Shown here: piece after piece, positions 9,845 to 21,000 of the stretch | How the letters are laid out: every line of letters starts with the position of its first letter | Position numbering within the stretch: the stretch's first letter is position 1 | Origin: an uncultured Lachnospiraceae bacterium | Lineage (GTDB): Bacteria > Bacillota > Clostridia > Lachnospirales > Lachnospiraceae | Reading direction: 5' to 3' | Assembly: GCA_902766955.1 (NCBI GenBank) | Contig: CACXFM010000083.1 | Span: forward strand, 5,665-69,664 | Length of the DNA: 64,000 nucleotides | Translations under genes and position numbers: made by a program | The notes under the pieces: generated by a model | The model's input: the letters and a program-made list of their open reading frames with translations, nothing else | Databases searched by the model: none | What the model was told of the DNA's origin: nothing

Positions 9845-10321
9845 TCACGACTCGTTGACCAGTTTGCCCGTCATATGCTCCGGAATCAGTTCGAACACAA
9901 GGACGCCCGGGCCCGAATTCTCGATTTCTCTCTCGATATAGGCGGTGTCATCCGTGAACTTGTAGCTGAGCTTTCTCGTGATCTCGATGGCCCGCTCATG
10001 GTCCTCCACGATTTTCACGCGGCCGAACACAATCACGCTCTTAATATTGAGGGCCCAGTCTCTCTCCTCCCGGTAACCCCGGTCATAGACACAGAAAGAT
10101 GCTTTGTCGCAGTTCCGGATGGCGTCGATTTTGTGCCCTGTCTTCCCGCTGTGGAAATACAGATGGCCGTCCTCCTCCGAATACCAGTGGTTGATCGGGA
10201 CGGCATACGGGTACCCCTCGTCGCCCAGCACCGCAAGCACGCCGCGCTTTTCCTCCCGCAGAATGGCGATGCATTCCTCTTCCGCTATCTTCCTGTTTTT
10301 TCTCACCAGATCTCTGAACAT
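9845..10321 (-). CDS. Pyridoxamine 5'-phosphate oxidase / NimA-like flavin-binding protein
   Basis: GVLAVLGDEGYPYAVP, LYFHSGKTGHK, SVIVFG, MTGK. Confidence 0.85.
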   Translation of the reverse strand: MFRDLVRKNRKIAEEECIAILREEKRGVLAVLGDEGYPYAVPINHWYSEEDGHLYFHSGKTGHKIDAIRNCDKASFCVYDRGYREERDWALNIKSVIVFGRVKIVEDHERAIEITRKLSYKFTDDTAYIEREIENSGPGVLVFELIPEHMTGKLVNES

Positions 10322-10357
10322 TTTGATTGATTCTTCCTTTCCGTCACGGCCGGCCCC

Positions 10358-10621
10358 TTACTCCATCGCCTGATACGCTTCCGAGATTTCCCGGAACAGC
10401 TTCGCATCGCGCACGGGTTCCACCGTGAAATCATCGTCGCCTTTCAGAATGCAGCGGTAGATATACTGTCCCTCATCGGAGATCACATCATCTTCCACTA
10501 CGGCGCCGACCACGTATAACTTATGATCGTACTCGAATTCGTCCACGACGGCCATCTCCACGTCCCTGCCGTCCGATGCCGTCACGTGAAACGTCACATA
10601 TTCTTTCATTTCTTCCGCCAT
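10358..10621 (-). CDS. Small acidic protein, DUF1292-like
   Basis: 87 aa, GGAGG RBS, DGRDVEMAVVDEFEYDHKLYVV pattern. Confidence 0.65.
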   Translation of the reverse strand: MAEEMKEYVTFHVTASDGRDVEMAVVDEFEYDHKLYVVGAVVEDDVISDEGQYIYRCILKGDDDFTVEPVRDAKLFREISEAYQAME

Positions 10622-10636
10622 ATCCGGCTCCTCCCT

Positions 10637-11854
10637 TCAGTCAGCCATCACCCGGTTCAGCCTGTCAAACGCCTCCCGCACTTTTGTAAGCGGCAGCGCC
10701 AGGTTCATGCGGATCGTGTGGGTCCCGCCGAACGGGCGCCCGTCCTGCCAGGCCACTCCCGTGTTCCAGCCTCTCCGCAGCAGCTCGTCCGCGGACACTC
10801 CCCGGTTCCGGCACCACTCTTCCGCGTCGAGGAAGAGCATATACGTGCCCTCCGGGCGGAAGAAGGAAACGCCGCTCCATTTCTCCCGGATCTCGCCGGC
10901 CGCGAAGTTCACGTTTCCGCTTAAGACTTCCCTCAGCTCGTCGACCCAGACGGCGCCCTCTTCCGAATACGCGCCTGTAAGGGCGTGCATGGACAGCACG
11001 TTCATGTCATTGTAATGCGAGCGGGAGGCATATTTGTTCATCCGCTCCCGCAGTGCGCGGTTATACACGATGTGATAGCTCCCGACCAGTCCCGCCAGAT
11101 TGAAGGTCTTGGACGGCGCGTAGAGGGCGGCCGTGTGCTCCTTCGCATATCTGTTGACGGACATCAGCGGCGTGTGCGGCACGGGAGAATGCGTGAGGAT
11201 CAGGTCCGACCAGATCTCGTCACTGACTATGCCGACCTCGTATTTCTCACAGAGAGAGAGCATCTCTTCCATCTCTTCGCAGGTCCATACACGGCCGGAC
11301 GGATTGTGGGGAGAGCAGAAAATCATCGTGTGGACGGGCTCATCCCGGAAGATGCGCTCCATGTCTTCGAAGTCCATGCGCCAGACGCCGCCCTCATCCC
11401 TCTTAAGGGGAGACGGCACGATCTCATAGCCCGCATTTTTCAGCGATCCCGTGAAACCGATATAAGCCGGCGTATGCAGGAGCACCTTCTCCCCCGGGAC
11501 GCACATGGCGCCGAGGGCGCTCATCACGCCCCCGAGGACACCGTTCTCGTAGCCGATGTGCTCCTCCGCAAGGCCGCTGACCTGATTCCTCGTCTCCTGC
11601 CAGCGGATGATGGCCCCGTAATACTCCTCCGTCGGCGCAAAATAGCCGAAGGCCGGGTGGCTCACCCTGCGCATAATCGCTTCCTGTATACCCGGGAAGA
11701 CGGGAAAATTCATATCCGCAACCCACATGGGGATCAGTTCTTCCGTCCCCGCAGGCACATCGGGCGCGAAAAAACGCCTCGTACCGGGCCCGTCGACCGC
11801 AATCGCATCGTGCCCTCTTCTGTCCATCAGTGAAGTAAAATCGTATTTCATCAA
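10637..11854 (-). CDS. MalY/PatB-family PLP-dependent C-S lyase/aminotransferase
   Basis: PMWVADMNF, CSPHNPSGRVW, SDEIWSD, APSKTFNLAG, EGTYMLFLD. Confidence 0.92.
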   Translation of the reverse strand: MMKYDFTSLMDRRGHDAIAVDGPGTRRFFAPDVPAGTEELIPMWVADMNFPVFPGIQEAIMRRVSHPAFGYFAPTEEYYGAIIRWQETRNQVSGLAEEHIGYENGVLGGVMSALGAMCVPGEKVLLHTPAYIGFTGSLKNAGYEIVPSPLKRDEGGVWRMDFEDMERIFRDEPVHTMIFCSPHNPSGRVWTCEEMEEMLSLCEKYEVGIVSDEIWSDLILTHSPVPHTPLMSVNRYAKEHTAALYAPSKTFNLAGLVGSYHIVYNRALRERMNKYASRSHYNDMNVLSMHALTGAYSEEGAVWVDELREVLSGNVNFAAGEIREKWSGVSFFRPEGTYMLFLDAEEWCRNRGVSADELLRRGWNTGVAWQDGRPFGGTHTIRMNLALPLTKVREAFDRLNRVMAD

Positions 11855-11882
11855 ATCCTCCGGGACCTGTCAGTCCTTATGT

Positions 11883-12773
11883 TTACTGTTTCTCTTTTCC
11901 GGCTGAGCCGTACAGGATTCCCGCAATCTCGGAATCCTTGTCAAGTATGATCGTCTTGTTTTCGCCGGACAGCGATTTCTTCAGCGCATCCAGCGATCTG
12001 ATATAGTTGTAAAACTCCGCCTTCTCCTCCGTATTATAGGCTTCCTGCAGAATCTTCATGTATTCCGACTCACCCTCGGCGGCCAGGATCTCGGCCTGCT
12101 TTTCGGCGTTCGCCTTCATGACCGTCACGTCCTTGTCCGTCGCGTTCCGGATCTTCTGCGCCTCGGAATCGCCCTGCGCGGTATAAGAGGCGGCGATATT
12201 CTGCCGCTCGGAAATCATGCGGTCGTAGACGGCCTGCTTGTTGTCGTCCGGCAGGTCCAGCGCCTTGATCTCCGCGGTAATGACTTTGATTCCGTAATCG
12301 CCGATGTCGGAGTTGGCCTCATCCGTCAGAAGCTGGGTCAGCTTTTCGCCCCTCGCTTCGATCACTTCGTCCTGGGTCATGGAGGAGATCACGTTCTTCA
12401 GGGCATTGTAGACCGCCGCCTCGATTCTCTCCTCCGCCCGCGCCTCGATGGCATCCAGCGTGCGGATATATCTGGTCGGGTCCGTGACCCGCCAGAGCAC
12501 AAAATTGTCGGCGATCATGCTCTTTTTGTCCTTTGTGATCACGTCCGAGAGCGGCACGTCGTAGAGCGTCGTCGCGCCGGAGATCAGCTGCACGTTCTGA
12601 ATCAGCGGGACGCGGAATTTCAGTCCCGGCGTCTCCTCGATGCGGACGATTTTTCCAAACTGACGGACGGCCGCGTATTCATTCGGATGCACGGAATACA
12701 GGGCGGAAATCACGAGAAGGAGAAGAATCAGTGCGGCAATGCCCAGTATCCCCCGCTTTGAAAATATCTTCAT
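11883..12773 (-). CDS. hflC: HflC (SPFH) protease modulator
   Basis: N-terminal TM, TKDKKSMIADNFVLWRV, YDRMISER; follows hflK. Confidence 0.88.
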   Translation of the reverse strand: MKIFSKRGILGIAALILLLLVISALYSVHPNEYAAVRQFGKIVRIEETPGLKFRVPLIQNVQLISGATTLYDVPLSDVITKDKKSMIADNFVLWRVTDPTRYIRTLDAIEARAEERIEAAVYNALKNVISSMTQDEVIEARGEKLTQLLTDEANSDIGDYGIKVITAEIKALDLPDDNKQAVYDRMISERQNIAASYTAQGDSEAQKIRNATDKDVTVMKANAEKQAEILAAEGESEYMKILQEAYNTEEKAEFYNYIRSLDALKKSLSGENKTIILDKDSEIAGILYGSAGKEKQ

Positions 12774-12774
12774 A

Positions 12775-13797
12775 TCACGAGCCCTCCTTCGTTCCGTTTT
12801 CTGCCGTGAAGCTCTCAAGCGGGTACATGGTCTGCGTGCCGCCGTCCGTGATGATCACCTTCGCATCCGGCAGCACATCCTCGACCGTCTCGTAGAACAT
12901 TCTCTGCTTCGTAATCAGCGGGTTCAGCCTGTACTGCTCGTACATCGCGTTGAATCTGGCCACCTGGCCCTCCGCCTCGGCGATTCGGGCCGTCTTCTGA
13001 GCCTCGGCCGTCTGAATGATCTTGTCGGCGTTGGCTTCCGCCGCGGGAATCTGCTCGTTCTGGTACTTTTTGGCGTTGTTGATGGCGGTATCCTTGCCCT
13101 GCTTCGCGGTCTCCACGGCCTTGAAGGCGCTGACGATTTCCCGCGTCGGGGGCTCCGCGTCCTGCACCGTGATATTGACGACCTGGATCCCGATATCCTG
13201 CTCGGTCAGAGACTCCTGCATTTTCGCCTTGACCTCAGCCTGGATCTGGGACTTGCCGGTCGTCATCGCGTCGTCGACGGTGAAATCAATCACCGTCGAG
13301 CGGATGGCCGCCAGCGCCACATTCTTCAGGATCAGTTCGGGGTTGCGGGAGTGGTAGAGATACGCCACCGGATCGGACACCCTGTATTCCATATAAAAAT
13401 CAATGTCGATCAGATTGAAATCCGACGTGATCATGATCCCTTCCGTATCGACCGTAAACGTCTGTCCGTCGTCGTCCACCGCGTAGCCGATGCCGGTGCC
13501 GTGAATCGTCGTGTCCACCTTCCGGACCTGCTGCAGTACAGGCAGCTTGAAATAGAGCCCGGCAGTATCCGTCCGGAGGACGCGCCCGAACATTGTCACG
13601 ACGGCCGCCTCCTGCTCGTCCACGCGGTAAAAGCATCCGCCGCCCACGAACGAGTAGATAACAGCCAGAATCACCGCCGCGATGACGATGCGCTTCACGA
13701 TCCCCTTGTCCGGAAGCTTCGGCTTTTTGATCTTCTCATTCGGAATTTTAAAATCGGGGGGAGCGTTATGCATTCCGTTCGGAATCGGATTATCCAT
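12775..13797 (-). CDS. hflK: HflK (SPFH) protease modulator
   Basis: MITSDFNLIDIDF, QDAEPP, AEAEGQVARF, RMFYET; RBS AAAGGAGG. Confidence 0.88.
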   Translation of the reverse strand: MDNPIPNGMHNAPPDFKIPNEKIKKPKLPDKGIVKRIVIAAVILAVIYSFVGGGCFYRVDEQEAAVVTMFGRVLRTDTAGLYFKLPVLQQVRKVDTTIHGTGIGYAVDDDGQTFTVDTEGIMITSDFNLIDIDFYMEYRVSDPVAYLYHSRNPELILKNVALAAIRSTVIDFTVDDAMTTGKSQIQAEVKAKMQESLTEQDIGIQVVNITVQDAEPPTREIVSAFKAVETAKQGKDTAINNAKKYQNEQIPAAEANADKIIQTAEAQKTARIAEAEGQVARFNAMYEQYRLNPLITKQRMFYETVEDVLPDAKVIITDGGTQTMYPLESFTAENGTKEGS

Positions 13798-13836
13798 GTG
13801 TGTTCCTCCTTTCGCCAAGTGGGTCTGGCCCCTGTG

Positions 13837-14025
13837 TTATTCTTTGACCGGCAGTCTGGCCTCAAGCGCGGTGTTGTCCGAAATAAATCCGTAGCTGTAC
13901 TTTTCGATGCGCTCCGTGAGGCTCATGTCAAGATTAAAGCCTTCATCCAGGAAGACCCTGTAGGGATCCCAGGTTGTCAGGATCAGCTTCAGTTTGTGTC
14001 CCGGCGCCGTAAGGCGTCGGGTCAT
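13837..14025 (-). pseudogene. Probable C-terminal remnant of a larger enzyme (X-Pro dipeptidyl-peptidase/CocE-like)
   Basis: APGHKLKLILTTWDPY...LEARLP resembles PepX-type C-termini; the strong upstream RBS/GTG is out of frame. Confidence 0.35.
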
Positions 14026-14114
14026 AGATCGTCGCCGCTTTGTAAGTTCCTTCGGCGGCAGCTCTCGGCACTTCCACCAGTGCCTTCACAAGATCCGCTC
14101 CTCCTTTAACTCAG

Positions 14115-15953
14115 TCACTTCTTCGCAAACGAATCCACCAGATCCTGCAGTTCCAGAAATCTCCCGATCTTTTCGTCGAGCAGAAGGTCGACCGCGTCTT
14201 TTTCGTCCGACAGCTCCTTCAGTTTCACATAGTCGGAAGCGGCCTCCATCATCTGCTCCTCGAGCGCGGAAGAGCGCTCCGTGAGCTCATCGATCTCCCC
14301 TTCCAGAGTCTCATATTCCCTCTGTTCCCTGAAGGTGAGCTTGATCTTCGGCTTCGGCGTCTTTCTGCCCTGATCGGAGCCCGCCGGTTTTCCGTCCGCT
14401 TCCTTTTTATCGGCCCGTTTTCCTTTTTGGTCCGCCGCCCCGTCTCCGTAAGCCTCCGCATCCGTCCACTCTGCCCGGTGCAGCAGATACTCCTCATAGC
14501 CGCCCTCGCTCTGCCTGACCGTCCCGCCGCCCTCAAAGCTGAAGACCCGGTTTACGACGCGGTCGAGGAAATACCGGTCATGGGACACAGTGATCACGAT
14601 CCCCGCGAAGTGGTCCAGATAATCCTCCAGCACCTGCAGCGTCTGTATGTCCAGATCGTTGGTCGGCTCGTCGAGAATGAGCACGTTGGGAGCCTCCATC
14701 AGCACCTTCAGCAGATAGAGCCGTCTCTTTTCACCGCCTGAAAGTTTTCCGATCGGCGCGTACTGCCTGTCCGCGTCAAAGAGGAAGCGCTCGCACATGG
14801 ACGACGCCGAGACCAGCCCGTCCGCCGTCCGGATATACTCGGCCGTATCTTTTATGTAGTCGATGGCCCGCTCGTCTTCGGGCAGCACATCGTTCTCCTG
14901 TCCGAAACAGCCGATCCGTATGGTCTGGCCAGTTATCACGCTGCCGCTGTCCGCTTCCGTCTCTCCCATCAGGATTTTGAGCAATGTCGACTTCCCGCAG
15001 CCGTTGGGCCCTATAATCCCGATCCGGTCCGTCTTGAGGAAGTTATAAGAGAAATCCCGGAAGAGAACCTTGTCTCCGTAGGCCTTGGCAAGCCCCGACA
15101 CCTCGATGGTCGTATTGCCCATCCGGGTCGGGAGCGAGGCGAGCACCACATTTCTCTCCTCCACGATCTGCTCCCTGTCGCGCAGGGCTTCAAACCGCCG
15201 GATGTGGGCTTTCTGTTTCGTCGATCTCGCCCTGGCGCCCCGCATCATCCAGGCCAGATCCTGCCTGTACAACGCAGCCATCTTCCGCTCCGCGGCCCGC
15301 GCAAAATCCAGCCTCTCCTGTTTCATTTCCAGGTACTTCTCAAAATTGCCCTCATAGGCAAATACCTGCTTGCGGTCGATTTCCCAGATCACGGACGTGA
15401 CCTCGTCCAGAAAATACCGGTCGTGCGTCACCATGAGGAGGGCACCCCGGTAACCCCGAAGCTCTTCCTCCAGCCACTCGATCATCTCCGTATCGAGATG
15501 ATTGGTCGGCTCGTCGAGAATCAGCAGATCCGACGGCGTGAGAAGCGCCGCGGCCAGCGCCGCCCGCTTCCGCTGTCCGCCTGACAGGATGTCCGGCATC
15601 ACGTCCGGATCCTCGATGCCAAGCTTCAGGAGAGCTGCTCTGGCCTCTCCCTCCACGTTCCAGTACTCCTCGTCCTGCCTGATCAGAAAGGAGACATTCT
15701 CAAGCACGCTCTTTCCGGAGTCAAAAACGGGATGCTGCGGAAGATACGAGATCCGCAGGCCGTTTCTCGTAATGACGGTCCCCTCGTCCGCTTCCGCAAT
15801 CCCTGCCGCGATGGCCAGAAGCGTCGACTTGCCCGCGCCGTTTAAGCCCACGACGCCGATCCGGTCATGATCCTCGATTCCCAGGGTCACCCCGGCAAAA
15901 AGCAGCCTGTTTCCCGCAGACTTCCCGACCTGTTCCATATTCAGTATATTCAT
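14115..15953 (-). CDS. ABC-F family ATPase (Uup-like)
   Basis: Two ABC cassettes (GLNGAGKST, GPNGCGKST, LSGG, LDEPTN), RGARARSTKQKA linker, C-terminal coiled coil, no TM. Confidence 0.92.
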   Translation of the reverse strand: MNILNMEQVGKSAGNRLLFAGVTLGIEDHDRIGVVGLNGAGKSTLLAIAAGIAEADEGTVITRNGLRISYLPQHPVFDSGKSVLENVSFLIRQDEEYWNVEGEARAALLKLGIEDPDVMPDILSGGQRKRAALAAALLTPSDLLILDEPTNHLDTEMIEWLEEELRGYRGALLMVTHDRYFLDEVTSVIWEIDRKQVFAYEGNFEKYLEMKQERLDFARAAERKMAALYRQDLAWMMRGARARSTKQKAHIRRFEALRDREQIVEERNVVLASLPTRMGNTTIEVSGLAKAYGDKVLFRDFSYNFLKTDRIGIIGPNGCGKSTLLKILMGETEADSGSVITGQTIRIGCFGQENDVLPEDERAIDYIKDTAEYIRTADGLVSASSMCERFLFDADRQYAPIGKLSGGEKRRLYLLKVLMEAPNVLILDEPTNDLDIQTLQVLEDYLDHFAGIVITVSHDRYFLDRVVNRVFSFEGGGTVRQSEGGYEEYLLHRAEWTDAEAYGDGAADQKGKRADKKEADGKPAGSDQGRKTPKPKIKLTFREQREYETLEGEIDELTERSSALEEQMMEAASDYVKLKELSDEKDAVDLLLDEKIGRFLELQDLVDSFAKK

Positions 15954-15960
15954 GCTGCCG

Positions 15961-18009
15961 TTAATCCTCCGCTGACACGTAGCGGTGAAGCAGAGCGGCC
16001 AGGGTATCCGGGTCAAAGGGCTTTGCGACATGCGCATTCATCCCCGCTGCCAGGCAGTCCCGCACGTCCTCTTCATAGGCGTTGGCACTCATGGCGATAA
16101 TCGGCAGCTTCCGGGAATACGCCCCGGGAAGCTCCCGGATCGCCCTCGCGGCCTCATACCCGTTCATCACCGGCATCTGGATATCCATCAGCACGACGCT
16201 GTAGTATCCTTCCGCCGCCTCCTTCACCTTCAAAACACCTTCGGCCCCGTTTTCCGCGTGTTCCACCTCCATGCCGTACTGCATAAGGAGCAGGCTGGCG
16301 ATCTCCGCGTTCACTTCATTATCTTCGACCAGAAGTGCGCGGTACCCCGTCAGATCCGCGGCGGACACCTCCTCTGCCGCCGGCGCAGGGGCTTCCTGCT
16401 CAAGCGGCAGGAGATCCAGGACCACGGTAAATTCCGAGCCCTCTCCCAGCCTGCTGTTTACGGAAATCGTGCCGCCCATCAGTTCAACCACCTTTGCCGT
16501 GATGGCCAGACCGAGGCCCGTGCCCTGCACGCGGTTCACCCTGGTGTTTTCTTCTCTCGTAAAACTCTCGAAAATATGGGGCAGGTACTCCTCACGGATG
16601 CCGATTCCCGTATCGCTCACGGTCAGACGGTAGCGTTTCCGCTCGTCCCCGGGCAGGTTTTCCTCCTCCGCGGTCAGGCGGACGCTGCCCCCTTCCGGGG
16701 TATATTTGATGGCATTGCTGATAATGTTGATCAGGATCTGTTCGATTCTCAATTCATCCGCCCGCACCATGAAATGGCGGATCCCCTCATAGCTGTATGA
16801 GGCGGAGAGGTTTTTCTTTGCCGCCTGCAGCGCGGTAATGTCCTCGATTCTCCGGAAGAGGGCGCTAAGATCGCAGGGCGCTTCGCTGAGCTGCATCATG
16901 CCGCTCTCGATCTTCGACATATCCAGAATGTCGTTGATCAGCGAAAGCAGGAAATGGCTGGAGGATCCGATCTTGTCCAGCGCGTCCTTCACCTTCTCCG
17001 GGCTGTCCAGATTCCGGTTTGCGATGTTCGTGTAGCCGACGATCGCATTCATCGGCGTCCGGATGTCATGGGACATATTTGCCAGAAAATCATTTCTGGC
17101 GCGCGTCCGGGCATCCGCCATCCGCGCCTGATATTCCTGCTCCCGCTTCATCTGTGCGTCGATATTATTCGTGCCGATAATCAGATGCCGGCCGTCCTCA
17201 TCGTCGAGCAGCGTGGCTTTCATGCTGACGTAGACGGGCACGTCGTCAAACATCAGGCGGTATTTCATTGTAAAGCTGCCGTCGCGCGTGAGGATCTCCA
17301 GGATTCTGTCTTTCGTGAAGACGGCCATGAAGCGGTCCCTGTCTTCCGGATAGAGCACGCGCTCCATATTGGTGCGGCTGAGACGGAAGAAATTCTCCCC
17401 TGACTTTTCGATCCCCAACTCGTCGTACTGTTCCGTCGAGCTGTATTCCACAAACGATTCCGTATCCAGATCCACTACATAGATGCTGAAATAATCCCCC
17501 GCCAGGGCCTGCGCCACGCGGCCGTAGGTGATTCTGTCCTGCTCCGCCCTCCGGAAGGCGCGGTGCGCCTTCTCATAAGCCGCCCTCACCTTTATCTGCT
17601 CGTCTATGCTGCTGATCCCGACCACCAGGTTGCGGCCCTCGTTTTCCAGCATGCGGGTCACCTTCAGGTGGACGTAAGCCGGTCCGTCGCCCAGCGTCAT
17701 GCGGAAGGTCATCGTATACGTCCGATGCGTCTCAAGCGTCGAGAGGACCTTTTCTCTGGTAAAATCCTCGAGAAACCGCTCCCGGTCTTCCGGGTATACC
17801 ACCTGCTCGAAATACTGTGTGCAAAAGAGGGTAAAATCCCCGCCGGCCCCCGGGAGGCCGAGCTCCCGGTACTCCGGAGAGGAACTGTATTCAATAAACT
17901 GACCGTTGTCCGAGTTTACGTAATAAATGCAGAAATAATCGGCCGCGAGAGCCTGCGCCACACTGGACTGGGATACTCTCAAAACCTCGTTTTCCATAAG
18001 GGCTACCAT
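15961..18009 (-). CDS. Cytoplasmic hybrid histidine kinase (two PAS-like repeats, HisKA, HATPase, REC)
   Basis: SHDIRTP, NAIKYT, DTGIG, GTGLGL, LMDIQMP; duplicated VAQALAxDYFxIY segments. Confidence 0.93.
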   Translation of the reverse strand: MVALMENEVLRVSQSSVAQALAADYFCIYYVNSDNGQFIEYSSSPEYRELGLPGAGGDFTLFCTQYFEQVVYPEDRERFLEDFTREKVLSTLETHRTYTMTFRMTLGDGPAYVHLKVTRMLENEGRNLVVGISSIDEQIKVRAAYEKAHRAFRRAEQDRITYGRVAQALAGDYFSIYVVDLDTESFVEYSSTEQYDELGIEKSGENFFRLSRTNMERVLYPEDRDRFMAVFTKDRILEILTRDGSFTMKYRLMFDDVPVYVSMKATLLDDEDGRHLIIGTNNIDAQMKREQEYQARMADARTRARNDFLANMSHDIRTPMNAIVGYTNIANRNLDSPEKVKDALDKIGSSSHFLLSLINDILDMSKIESGMMQLSEAPCDLSALFRRIEDITALQAAKKNLSASYSYEGIRHFMVRADELRIEQILINIISNAIKYTPEGGSVRLTAEEENLPGDERKRYRLTVSDTGIGIREEYLPHIFESFTREENTRVNRVQGTGLGLAITAKVVELMGGTISVNSRLGEGSEFTVVLDLLPLEQEAPAPAAEEVSAADLTGYRALLVEDNEVNAEIASLLLMQYGMEVEHAENGAEGVLKVKEAAEGYYSVVLMDIQMPVMNGYEAARAIRELPGAYSRKLPIIAMSANAYEEDVRDCLAAGMNAHVAKPFDPDTLAALLHRYVSAED

Positions 18010-18032
18010 CTGTCTTTCTGATAATGCTCTGA

Positions 18033-21000
18033 TTATGCTCTGATCAGGTTCTCCAGCGTCTCATACAGGATTTCGGGCTGGATCGGTTTGCTTAAATGCG
18101 CGTTCAGGCCCGCCTGCAGGCTTCTCTGCACGTCCTCGTCAAATGCGTTGGCCGTGAGCGCGATAATGGGGATCTCCCCGGCGTCGGCCCTGTCCATCGC
18201 GCGGATCACCCGGGTCGCCTCCAGTCCGTCCATCTCCGGCATCCGGAGATCCATCAGGATCGCGTCATAATACCCCTCGGGATGTCCGGCGAACATCTCC
18301 GTCACAATCTTTCCGTTTTCCGCATGCTCGGTTTCCACTCCGCGGGCTTCAAGCAGCATGATGATAATCTCGGCATTGATCTGGACATCCTCCGCCAGAA
18401 GCACCCGCTTTCCGGAAAGCTCCGCTTTTTCTTTCTCCTCTGTCTTCTCCGGCGCACGGCGTTTGCGCGCGGCCTTGAATTCCTCGATCACCGGAGCCGC
18501 GAACAGAGGCTTTGAAATGAAGCTGTCGACACCCGCACGAATGGCCTCCTCCAGAATGTCGTCCCACCTGTAGGCGGTCAGGATAATAATCGCGGATTCG
18601 TCTCCGGTCTCTTCCCGGATCTGCCTCGTCGTCTCCACGCCGTCCATTTCCGGCATCTGCCAGTCCATAAGAATCAGGTTGTAGGGCTCCATCCGGGCGT
18701 GGCGCAGCTTCACCATCTCGAGTGCGTCCCGGCCGGACAGCGCCGTCTCGCAGGCGATCCCGGCCTTGCCCAGCACGACCTGCGCGTGCTCGCAGGCAAT
18801 CGGATCGTCGTCGACAACCAGCACGGTCATGTCGTCCGGATGAACCGTCTCTTCCGCCTCCTCCTTGTCCGGCTCTCTCGAAGAATCCGTCAGCGTGACC
18901 GTCACTTCGAAGGTGGAGCCCTTTCCTTTTTCGCTCTCCACCCGGATCGTTCCGTTCATCATTTCCACGATATTCTTTGTGATGGCAAGCCCCAGGCCGG
19001 AACTTCCGTATTTGTTTGTGTTGGTCGCGTCCTCCTGGGCGAAGGAGTCAAAAATATGAGGCAGGAATTCCGGGCTCATGCCGATCCCGGTATCCGACAC
19101 GGTAAACATAAGGGTTGTCTTGCCGCCGAACCGGGCTCTGCGCTCCACGAGGAGTTCCACATTTCCGCCCTCCGGAGTAAATTTCACCGCATTGCCCAGG
19201 ATATTGATCAGCACCTGTCGGAGCTTCATGTTGTCCCCGATGTAATAATCGTCCACTTCATTGACGATGCGGCAGTGGTATCCGAGTCCCTTATCCTGGC
19301 ACTGGCTGCTGAACATCACGTTGATCGCTTCCAGAAGTTTGCGGAAGGAGAACTCCTCGTTCCTGAGCGTCATGCGCCCGGATTCGATTCTCGACATGTC
19401 CAGGATATCATTGATGAGACCCAGGAGGTGCTCCGCGGAAGCCTCCATTTTCTCCAGATATTCGATCGTTTTTGGCGGCGTATCCGGCACATTCATGGCG
19501 ATGTTGCCCAGTCCGATAATCGCATTCATGGGCGTGCGGATCTCATGGCTCATACTGGACAGGAAGGCCGTCTTCGCCTTGCTGGCCTGCTCGGCCCCCG
19601 CAAGCGCGTCGCTTAAGGCCCTCTGCTGGGCCATGGTTTCCCTCATCTCCGCGTCGATGACGGTAAATCCGATGCCCACGGCATGCACCCTGTCGTCGGC
19701 TCTCTCCCTGGCCGTGCGCACGCCGACGGCGCGGATCATTTCATAGTACTCCCTGCCGTTCCGCTCGGCCAGATAGCGGTAGGCGAGGATTTTCTCCTTT
19801 GCCAGGCCTTCGCGGATCTCTTCCGGATCAATAAAATGCATGAATCCTTCGCGGTAAGACTCCGTCACATGCTGTTCGCAATACTCGGCAAATACCTTGT
19901 AATACGGGAAGTGCGTCCCCTCCAGGTACTGCTCCTGATTGTCCGGATCCCCGCGGTAGCAGACCGCGTCGTCCGTATCGAGATCCACGTGATAGACGCT
20001 CCGGTAGTCCGAAGCCATCGCCGTGATCATATTGTCAAGCTCACTTCTCTGCTTCTCCTCTTCGAGAAGCTTCTCCTGCAGCTTAAGCCGCTGCTCCATC
20101 TCTTCTCTTTTGACGCGGTTCTCCACATCCGCCGCCTCTTTTTCCAGCATAAGGGCGGCATTGCGCTTGTTCTGCCAGATGATGACGCCGAAAATCACCA
20201 GCATTGCCGCGACCGTCACGATCGACTGCACGATGCTTCTTCTTAACATCCCGTCGGAGACGGAACTGATCCGGTCACTGATGACGCTCTCCCTGATCAG
20301 ATATGTCAGAAGCCAGTCCGTGCCCTTGACGGGGACGTAACTGAGCGTTTCCTGAATCCCGTTATAAGTAAAGGAGACTTCTCCTCTTTGGCCCGAAGAA
20401 AAGCCCTCCCGGAAAGCTTCATAGGAATACCCGTCCTCAAATTCTGCGATCTGCATGGCGTCCAGAAGATTGTCCTCCTGGGCCAGACCGCCGAGGACGG
20501 CATTGCTGAGCGCCACGCCAGCGGCCGTGTAGATATTGCAGAAAGTCGCCTCCGAATTGCCGGAAGTCAGGGAGACACCCGCCAGCATCTCCTTCATGCC
20601 GATTTCCATGAAGCAGACCTTCAGCGTCTTCCCCTCAAAGGGAATGTCCACCGGCAGGACGATCACGACGGTCTTGTCGTCGCTGTCCAGATTCCGCACC
20701 GTGATCAGGGACTCACCGATCTCCTCCGGAGCAAATGTGTATTCGTCCGAAGCCTTCAGCGTTCCCCCGGCTGTATAGACCAGGCCGTCTTCATCCGCAA
20801 AGGCAAACTTCTCCAGATTATACATCTGCTTGATGGATGCCTGAAACTCCTGCAGATGTGCAGGACTGCTCAGCGTAACCGAATCCATCATGTTGATGGC
20901 GGCGCGCATGTCCCGGATCCGGCTCTGCAGGTTGTTTTCCACGACCTGCTCACGGCGTCCGGCCAGCTCGTCCATGAACATCAGGCTGACGGAATGCACC

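Noticed and set aside
9845-10321. nim nitroimidazole-resistance gene
   Set aside because: The fold family is broad and widespread; resistance cannot be inferred from motifs
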